A DNA stretch of 24,000 nucleotides from Bacillota bacterium. Lineage in GTDB: Bacteria; Bacillota; Dethiobacteria; DTU022. Position numbers and translations under genes: made by a program. Where the stretch lies: NCBI GenBank assembly GCA_018400435.1, contig JAGYMW010000016.1:13347-37346 (forward strand), written 5' to 3'. This document shows, one piece after another, positions 16,893 through 23,141 of this stretch (the first letter of the stretch is position 1; each line of letters begins with the position of its first letter). The notes beneath the pieces were generated by a model that saw only the letters and a program-made list of their open reading frames with translations, was not told the DNA's origin and did no database searches.

Positions 16893-18581
16893 TTAAACAA
16901 TGCTTTTTTTTAGCTTATTATACAAGGTAGCCAGCGAAATATTTAAAGCCTGGGCCGCTTTCTTTTTGCCTTCTAGCGTTTCACCATACCTGGTCAGAGC
17001 CAGCTTAATCATCATCTCCTCCATTTTATCAAGGGGTATAATTTCATCTAAAACAGGGCCTTCCGAGGTGCCCGGCCGGTTGCCAATGATGGCCAGATGC
17101 TGATACTCAATAACCGAACCGTCGACCACCGCCATTGCCCTTTCAATAACACTGTTCAGCTCATTTATATTGCCGGGCCATTCATACTCGGAGAGCTCTT
17201 GCAGAACACGCGGTGAAATTTCGGCAACATTTTTACCGAGCTTGCGGTTCAGACGATCAATCAGGACTTCAGCAAGAAGGGGAATATCTTCAGGCCGTTT
17301 ACGTAACGGTAGTAAATTGATCGTAACCTGGCTCAGGCGGCGGTAGATTTCTTCAGAGAAATAACCCTGAATCGAAGAGGCAATGAGTTTGCTGTCGGCC
17401 GAAGCAATAACCCTTATGTCAACAGGAATTGGCTTATCTCCACCGATGCGGCAAAAAGAATGCTCGTCCAGGACACGGAGAATCTGATTCTGCAGATGGG
17501 GGTTGAGAGCAGTAATTTCTTTGATAAAAAGAGTGCTTCCTGCGGCCAGTTCCAGTTTACCCAGCCTGGTTCTCAATATTCCGGGCATAGCCCCTCTCTC
17601 GCAGCCAAAAATTTCTATTTCCTGGAGTGAATCTGGGATAGCAGCACAATCTACAATAATAAGGGGCCTTTTACGGCGTGAACTGCTATTGTGAATAGCC
17701 CGGGCAAAAAGGCTTTTCCCGGTTCCGTATTCTCCCCTGATCAGGAGAGAAGCGTCGCTGCGGGAAGCACGGCGGGCTTTTTCAACGGTAGCCCTGAAAG
17801 CCTTGCTCTGGCCAATTAGTGAGTCAAAGCTGAACCTGCTTCCTGAAATCTTTTCAATCTGGGCATAAAGATTATCGATGACCGTATTGCTATATTTCAG
17901 CTCGTCCATAAGCTTTAGAATATCGCAGACCGGTTGAAAAACGACGACTGCCCCCATCAGTTGCCCGCCTACGATGATCGGCGAAGCATTGGAAATCACA
18001 TCAGCTTCAGATCCACCGACAAAAGTCCGATAACCGGTTACGGGTTTCTGCTGGATCAATGATTGAGAAAGTGCCCCATGCGGTGAAACATCAAATATGC
18101 TACGGTTAATTCGTTCGCTTTCAGGAATTCCGGAAATCCTGGTAAAAGCAGGGTTTACATACTTGATGATCCCTTTTTCATCGACTACTTCAATAGCATC
18201 CTGGACTGCATTGAGAATCGCCAACAGCTCACCCTTCAAAAGCCGTGCCTCCTGGAAATACTGTCTGGAGCTGAGTATAGTACTTAAAACATAATTAGGG
18301 AGCAGTTCTTCAATTTTTAGCCGGCGGTTAATTATCTTTCGCAAATACTCTCCTACCGACTGCTCACCTGTAGCATCAACAACAGTATCAAGCTCAGAAA
18401 GCGCGGCAATTTTATCCAAACTTGTGGTAACAAACAAATTTTTTCTTTCTTTTTCAGTCAGCCAGCCGATTTCGCCGTCGAGACAGGCCACGGCAACCAG
18501 ATTGACTTCCGGTGAATAATCAAATAACCGAATCAGACCGCTCCCCTGTTCTTTTGTAATGATCAGCGCGGTATTGATCAC
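16893..18581 (-). CDS. PAS-domain, AAA+ enhancer-binding-protein-like (NtrC/Fis family) transcriptional regulator with degenerate GAFTGA and Walker B
   Basis: 562 aa with a GTG start. The architecture is an unassigned N-terminal domain of about 100 aa, a PAS domain (ILNAVQDAIEVVDEKGIIKYVNPAFTRISG), and an AAA+ core. The core carries Walker A GEYGTGKS, then GAMPGI where GAFTGA is expected, then LFIKEI where LFLDEI is expected, plus LPLRKRPEDIP and WPGNINEL. The C-terminus is a Fis-type HTH (AAQALNISLATLYNKLKK). Confidence 0.85.
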   Translation of the reverse strand: MINTALIITKEQGSGLIRLFDYSPEVNLVAVACLDGEIGWLTEKERKNLFVTTSLDKIAALSELDTVVDATGEQSVGEYLRKIINRRLKIEELLPNYVLSTILSSRQYFQEARLLKGELLAILNAVQDAIEVVDEKGIIKYVNPAFTRISGIPESERINRSIFDVSPHGALSQSLIQQKPVTGYRTFVGGSEADVISNASPIIVGGQLMGAVVVFQPVCDILKLMDELKYSNTVIDNLYAQIEKISGSRFSFDSLIGQSKAFRATVEKARRASRSDASLLIRGEYGTGKSLFARAIHNSSSRRKRPLIIVDCAAIPDSLQEIEIFGCERGAMPGILRTRLGKLELAAGSTLFIKEITALNPHLQNQILRVLDEHSFCRIGGDKPIPVDIRVIASADSKLIASSIQGYFSEEIYRRLSQVTINLLPLRKRPEDIPLLAEVLIDRLNRKLGKNVAEISPRVLQELSEYEWPGNINELNSVIERAMAVVDGSVIEYQHLAIIGNRPGTSEGPVLDEIIPLDKMEEMMIKLALTRYGETLEGKKKAAQALNISLATLYNKLKKSIV

Positions 18582-18851
18582 AGCCCCGGTCCGCCTCCTT
18601 TCTTCACCTTAGAATATTCGTAAATATTAGAAGAAATCCTGCCTCAAACAGGTTATTTTCTTTGAACAAGCAGAAATTTGTTTTTGAATTTAAAGGCATT
18701 GCTCCTGTACAGTTTCAAAGATTGACAAAAACCAGCAAATGAACCGGCTGTTAACAAGATTGTCCAACGTGTGAAAGTAAATATTTCCTCACAGCGAGGA
18801 ATGTACTTCTGCGTGTCAAGATAACATGGAAGCGCAATAATGGAGGTAATG

Positions 18852-18880
18852 TTGAATTTAAGTTAAAAAGCCTTTATAAT
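18852..18880 (+). promoter_or_regulatory. Candidate sigma-A promoter of tRNA-Leu
   Basis: TTGAAT (18852-18857), a 17-nt spacer, then TATAAT (18875-18880). The mature tRNA 5' end lies 19 nt downstream. Confidence 0.6.
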
Positions 18881-18898
18881 TGTTTAGGTGGAAAAGAA

Positions 18899-18985
18899 GC
18901 GGGCGTGGCGAAACTGGCAGACGCGCTGGACTTAGGATCCAGTGGGAGCAATCCTGTGGAGGTTCAAATCCTCTCGCCCGCACCA
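18899..18985 (+). tRNA. tRNA-Leu (anticodon UAG), type II with long variable arm, CCA encoded
   Basis: Folded by hand. The acceptor stem is GCGGGCG/CGCCCGC. The D arm is GCG-AAACTGGCAGA-CGC. The anticodon arm is CTGGA-CTTAGGA-TCCAG, giving anticodon TAG. The variable arm is GGGA-GCAA-TCCT, and the T arm is GGAGG-TTCAAAT-CCTCT. The discriminator is A, followed by CCA. Total length is 87 nt. Confidence 0.93.
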
Positions 18986-20170
18986 GATTGAATCCCGCGC
19001 CAGGGGCAGATCATTGCAGACACCCTTGCTGAATAAAAGCTGGTGAACATCTAGACCACTGCACATAAAAGAGGTACTACAGCCCAGCAAATAAAGACGC
19101 CACATCCGAACGAAACGTTCACCGTATTTTTCCCTGACTTTTTCGGCTACTCTTTCAAAGTTTTCAGCCCAGCGGGTTGTAGTGAGCGCATAATGCATGC
19201 GCAGGCTCTCGGCATCAACAAGGTGGAAGGAAAACTCCGGCAAAAGCCATATTATCTCGCGCAGAGAAGGAATATATCCTCTGGGATAAATATATTTTTC
19301 AAGCCATGTAGCTGTAGGCGATTCAAGAGAGCGGGTAATTGTGTGCAGTAGTGAGAGGCCCTGAGGCTTAAGCATTTTTTGCAGACAACTGAAATAGGTC
19401 GGAATGTTCTCTTTACCTACATATTTAAACATCCCTACACTGACTATTTTATCAAAAGTCTGATTTTCAACAGCCAGGTCACGGTAATCGGCAAGGCGTA
19501 CTTCTACCTGTTCCTCCAGCCCTTCATGTTCAATCCGCTTCCTGGTTTTTGCCTCTTCTTCTTCACGTAAAGTAATGCCAAGAGCTTTAACGCCGTATTT
19601 ACGGGCTGCCCTTATAATCAGCCAACCCCAGCCACTTCCTATATCAAGCAGTGTGTCTCCTTCTTTTAAATGAAGCTTATTGAGGATGTGGTCAATTTTC
19701 TGCAGCTGGGCTTGATCCAGTGTATCTTCAGGGGTTCGGAAGTAAGCACAGGAATAACTGAGCGTGCTGTCAAGCCACAACTTAAAGAAATCACTGCCGA
19801 GGTTGTACGCAATCTCCACGTTCTCGGCCTGCTTTTCAGTTGACTCGCTGCTGCGGCTCTTCATTAGGCGCTGAAAAAGGCCATCTCTTTCGGTACTTTT
19901 GAAAACATCTACATTACGCAGCAAAAGGCTAAGCAGGGCAGAAAAATCACCCTCGACATCAATTTGCTGGTCCATGTAAGCCTGACCAAACCTGGTTTCC
20001 GGATCTTCCAGCATTTCCCGCAGATTAAGCGGTTCATTGAAGATTATCCTGAAAGGTAGATCTTTGATTTCTTTCGGCCCATATATTTCAGTTTCACCGT
20101 CCCAGTAAGTTACTGCAAAAGATATACTGGAAATGCTGCGGAAGACTGCCCTGAAAAGCTCCTTATGCAT
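18932..20170 (-). CDS. cfa: Cyclopropane-fatty-acyl-phospholipid synthase family SAM-dependent methyltransferase
   Basis: It has SAM motif I LLDIGSGWGWL, SVGMFKYVG, and a C-terminal pattern HQLLFSKGVCNDLPLAR that parallels E. coli Cfa QVVFSRGVENGLRVAR-stop. Here the frame continues another 20 codons into the tRNA-Leu gene on the opposite strand. The start is ATG 20170 with an AAAGGA SD; TTG 20188 is the alternative. Confidence 0.85.
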   Translation of the reverse strand: MHKELFRAVFRSISSISFAVTYWDGETEIYGPKEIKDLPFRIIFNEPLNLREMLEDPETRFGQAYMDQQIDVEGDFSALLSLLLRNVDVFKSTERDGLFQRLMKSRSSESTEKQAENVEIAYNLGSDFFKLWLDSTLSYSCAYFRTPEDTLDQAQLQKIDHILNKLHLKEGDTLLDIGSGWGWLIIRAARKYGVKALGITLREEEEAKTRKRIEHEGLEEQVEVRLADYRDLAVENQTFDKIVSVGMFKYVGKENIPTYFSCLQKMLKPQGLSLLHTITRSLESPTATWLEKYIYPRGYIPSLREIIWLLPEFSFHLVDAESLRMHYALTTTRWAENFERVAEKVREKYGERFVRMWRLYLLGCSTSFMCSGLDVHQLLFSKGVCNDLPLARDSIWCGREDLNLHRIAPTGS

Positions 20171-20262
20171 TTTGCATTGTCCTTTCAATGAACGGCTGCC
20201 GATAACCTGATCCGGCAGCCATGTTTTATTAAGCAGATATAGGCTTGAGTCTTATTTCCTTT

Positions 20263-20291
20263 ATTATGCACCATTTGTTATAATTTTGCAA
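20263..20291 (-). promoter_or_regulatory. Candidate sigma-A promoter of cfa
   Basis: On the minus strand: TTGCAA (20291-20286), a 17-nt spacer, then CATAAT (20268-20263), with TG immediately 5' of the -10 element. It sits in an AT-rich divergent intergenic region. Confidence 0.4.
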
Positions 20292-20329
20292 CTATTTATT
20301 TTTTTATCCAGGATATTTCTAATATTTTC

Positions 20330-20359
20330 TTGACGTTTATGAAAAGTAAATGTTAGAAT
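20330..20359 (+). promoter_or_regulatory. Candidate sigma-A promoter of the dodecin gene
   Basis: TTGACG (20330-20335), an 18-nt spacer, then TAGAAT (20354-20359). It lies about 60 nt upstream of the ATG at 20419. Confidence 0.4.
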
Positions 20360-20418
20360 TATATTAACATAAAAATTATTTTGAACTGTAAATAAATATT
20401 TTATAGGAGGAATCAACT

Positions 20419-20625
20419 ATGACTGTTGTTAAAATTACTGAGCTTGTAGGCACATCAAGTAAAAGCTGGGAAGAAGCGGCTCAGAACGCTGTTAAAGGTG
20501 CGGCTAAGACTGTCCACAATATAACAGGAGTCGAAATTTTAAAAGCCACGGCAAAGGTTGAGGATGGTAGGATAACAGAATACAGGTCTACCGTCAAAAT
20601 TGCTTTCGCTTTGACAGACAGGTAA
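20419..20625 (+). CDS. Dodecin-family flavin-binding protein
   Basis: 68 aa with an AGGAGG SD 7 nt upstream. The pattern VKITELVGTSSKSWEEAAQNAV..AAKTVHNITGVEI....V.DGRITEYRSTVKIAF matches bacterial dodecins as I recall them. Confidence 0.8.
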   Translation: MTVVKITELVGTSSKSWEEAAQNAVKGAAKTVHNITGVEILKATAKVEDGRITEYRSTVKIAFALTDR

Positions 20626-20677
20626 TCACGAATTCCAAAAGCTTTTATGCTGTAAAACAAGGATACAAGAAAAGCAA

Positions 20678-20739
20678 AGAACCCCTGCCGGACGGAGGTT
20701 GTCAGCGGCATGCTGACCAATGATGACCACGGGGGTTCT
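20678..20739. terminator. Nested inverted repeats between convergent dodecin and livF genes (candidate bidirectional terminator)
   Basis: The outer 8-bp pair is AGAACCCC (20678-20685) with GGGGTTCT (20732-20739). It encloses an inner hairpin GTCAGC-GGCAT-GCTGAC (20701-20717). T-rich tracts follow on both strands. Confidence 0.3.
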
Positions 20740-20765
20740 ATCTTATAATAACTTTGTATTTTTTA

Positions 20766-21470
20766 CTATAAGCCCAGATATGCTTTCCGGACATGGTCGC
20801 TTTCCAACAGGGCATTGCATGAGCCGCCCGAGACGATCTCACCATTTTCCAAGACATAAGCCCGATCAGCTATCTCCAGACTTTGTTTAACGTTCTGTTC
20901 GATAAGGAATACGGTGATCCCATTATCACGCAGTGTCTCCAGCATCTTGAAAGCCTCCATAACCAGCTTCGGAGCCATGCCATAAGACAGTTCATCAAAC
21001 ATCCCCAGTTTCGGGCCCGACATGAGGCTGCGGCCCATGGCCAGCATCTGGCGCTCTCCTCCGCTGAGGGTTTTGGCCAGCTGCTTTCTTCGTTCCTTTA
21101 ACAGGGGGAATATTTCATAAACCTTCTCCAGCCGCTCATTCCTTTTATTCCAGGAATTTTTTAGATAGGCCCCCATTTCCAGGTTCTCAAGCACTGACAT
21201 GTCAGGGAAAAGCCTTCCTCCTTCAGGTAGATAGGCAATGCCTCTTTCCACTATGGCATTGGACGAATAACCGGTTATATCTTCGCCGAGAAAGGTAACA
21301 CTGCCCGAAGCAGGTTTAACCAGGCCGGCTATGGCATTGAGGAGCGTTGTCTTTCCAGCTCCGTTGGCGCCCACCAGTGCAACGATCTCTCCCTCATCAA
21401 CCTTCAGGCATACATCCCACAATACCTGGACATTTCCGTAGGAAACATTTAAAGTATTTACTTCCAACAT
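20766..21470 (-). CDS. livF: Branched-chain amino acid ABC transporter ATP-binding protein LivF
   Basis: 234 aa from ATG 21470. The N-terminus is MLEVNTLNVSYG, with Walker A GANGAGKTT, signature LSGGERQ, and Walker B MFDELS. The longer ORF-track form overlaps livG. Confidence 0.9.
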   Translation of the reverse strand: MLEVNTLNVSYGNVQVLWDVCLKVDEGEIVALVGANGAGKTTLLNAIAGLVKPASGSVTFLGEDITGYSSNAIVERGIAYLPEGGRLFPDMSVLENLEMGAYLKNSWNKRNERLEKVYEIFPLLKERRKQLAKTLSGGERQMLAMGRSLMSGPKLGMFDELSYGMAPKLVMEAFKMLETLRDNGITVFLIEQNVKQSLEIADRAYVLENGEIVSGGSCNALLESDHVRKAYLGL

Positions 21471-21480
21471 GAGCTCGTGT

Positions 21481-22200
21481 TCACTCCCCAAGATAGACTT
21501 CAATAACAGTTTTGCTGGTGGATATTTCTTCGGGGGTCCCTTCGGCAATTTTCTGGCCGTGATGAAGGACGATAATCCTTTTGCAAATATTCATGATCGC
21601 TTTCATGACGTGCTCGATCATGATTACGGTTATCCCCTTTTTTTGGATTCTTTTAACCAGTTCCATTGATTCTCCCACTTCGGTAGGATTAAGGCCGGCC
21701 ATCAACTCATCCAGCAATAAAAGTTTTGGTTTGGTAGCCAGAGCCCGGGCCACCTCCACCCGTTTCTGGTTAACCAGGGTCATGCTCCCGGCTACCATAT
21801 CTGTGCGATCAGACAAACCGATGAAGTCGAGAATTTCCTCAACTTCAGATTTTGCCTGGGACCTTGATTTTTTCTCCGGCGTGCCAAAAAATGCTCCCAG
21901 CAGCACATTTTGAAAGACATCCATGTCGGGAAACACTTTCACGTTCTGAAATGTCCTGGCAAGGCCCTTCTGACAAATTACATTGGGTTTTTTGCCGGCA
22001 AGGTTTTCACCATTGAATAGAATCTTTCCTGAATTGGGCTCATAGGTCCCGGCAATCAGGTTAAATGTTGTCGTTTTACCTGCCCCGTTGGGACCGATCA
22101 ATCCCAGTATTTCGCCTTCTTCAACATGGAAGTCAACCTCTGATACCGCCGCCAGGCCACCAAAATTTTTCGTTAAACCTTCAACTTGAAGTATCTGCAT
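21481..22200 (-). CDS. livG: Branched-chain amino acid ABC transporter ATP-binding protein LivG
   Basis: The N-terminus LQVEGLTKNFGGLAAV is LivG-specific. It has Walker A GPNGAGKTT and Walker B LLLLDELMAG. The signature-motif region is divergent. The start is ATG with AGGAGG 5 nt upstream, and the gene overlaps the livM 3' end by 20 nt. Confidence 0.9.
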   Translation of the reverse strand: MQILQVEGLTKNFGGLAAVSEVDFHVEEGEILGLIGPNGAGKTTTFNLIAGTYEPNSGKILFNGENLAGKKPNVICQKGLARTFQNVKVFPDMDVFQNVLLGAFFGTPEKKSRSQAKSEVEEILDFIGLSDRTDMVAGSMTLVNQKRVEVARALATKPKLLLLDELMAGLNPTEVGESMELVKRIQKKGITVIMIEHVMKAIMNICKRIIVLHHGQKIAEGTPEEISTSKTVIEVYLGE

Positions 22201-23137
22201 GTTTCCCTCCTATAAACCGCTGCCTGATAGTTTGGTATAAACCGATCAAACCGTTAGGCAGATAGAGTATAGTAATCACCATAATTAAACCAAAGATTAA
22301 CATGTAGGAATAAGGAAACCTGGTGATTAACGTTTCCTGCAGGTAAGAAAATACCGCAGCACCCAGCAGTGGACCGAATAGATTGCCCAAACCGCCGAAT
22401 ATGGCCATCAATGGCGGTAAAAAAGAATAGAATGGATCAAAAGCGATATAAGGATCGATATAACTCCACCTTGTAGCCATGATCGTTCCCGTCAGGCCAA
22501 TAAAAAAGGCACTTGAGGCAAAGGTAATAATTTTAAGATTGACAACATTGATACCAATGTGGATCGCCGCCTCTTCATTGCTTCCAATACTTGAAAGGGC
22601 CATACCATACCTGGAGCTTTTAAGAAAATAGGTGGTTAACAAAAGGGCGGCCAGTATGGCAAGCAAAATATAAAATACAGTTGCATTGTCTGCTCTCGGT
22701 ACAAAACGTCCCCTCACACCGACAATGTTAATTTCCCACCACAGCATGAGGTGCTTGATCAACTCTACCAAACCGAAGGTAAAAATAGTAAAGTAGATAC
22801 CCCGCAGGCGGAGAGTGATGGCTCCAATTATGAATGCCAGTATAAAGCTGATCAGGCCTCCGCAAATTACCGCCACTATAAGAGGAACCGAGTCCCCCAG
22901 TATCCCCGCCATGTAAAGTCCAAGGCCAAAAAAAGCAGCAGTGGCCAGGGAGGTGTAACCGGTTGGCCCGGAAAAAAGAGTCCAGCTTAAGGTAAGAGAA
23001 ATATACATGAAGATGCTGCTCAACAAAATAATTGTATATGGTGCAGTAATGTAGGGTATGGCAATAAACAGCACTATGATCAAAATATATAGTGCAGGAT
23101 ATAAATACCTGTTATATTTGATCGTTTTCCAATTCAT
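22181..23137 (-). CDS. livM: Branched-chain amino acid ABC transporter permease LivM
   Basis: 318 aa polytopic membrane protein. Its position and size fit LivM between livH and livG. The start is ATG with a GGGGAGG SD. Confidence 0.85.
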   Translation of the reverse strand: MNWKTIKYNRYLYPALYILIIVLFIAIPYITAPYTIILLSSIFMYISLTLSWTLFSGPTGYTSLATAAFFGLGLYMAGILGDSVPLIVAVICGGLISFILAFIIGAITLRLRGIYFTIFTFGLVELIKHLMLWWEINIVGVRGRFVPRADNATVFYILLAILAALLLTTYFLKSSRYGMALSSIGSNEEAAIHIGINVVNLKIITFASSAFFIGLTGTIMATRWSYIDPYIAFDPFYSFLPPLMAIFGGLGNLFGPLLGAAVFSYLQETLITRFPYSYMLIFGLIMVITILYLPNGLIGLYQTIRQRFIGGKHADTSS

Positions 23138-23141
23138 TTTT

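Noticed and set aside
16917-16933. TGGCTACCTTGTATAAT (minus strand), upstream of sucC, considered as a possible sigma-54 -24/-12 promoter.
   Set aside because: The GG is present, but no GC follows at the required 10-nt offset. The TATAAT looks more like a sigma-A -10 element, and it has no convincing -35 element. I did not call it as a feature.
18914-18930. CTGGCAGACGCGCTGGA, a sigma-54-like TGGCA string.
   Set aside because: It is the D-loop and anticodon-stem sequence of tRNA-Leu, so the resemblance is coincidental.
18582-20418. Possibility of an integrated mobile element at tRNA-Leu, carrying cfa and dodecin as cargo.
   Set aside because: The window has no integrase, recombinase or transposase. 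I could not spot a direct repeat of the tRNA 3' end, and there is no obvious compositional shift. Only the CDS-tRNA overlap is reported.
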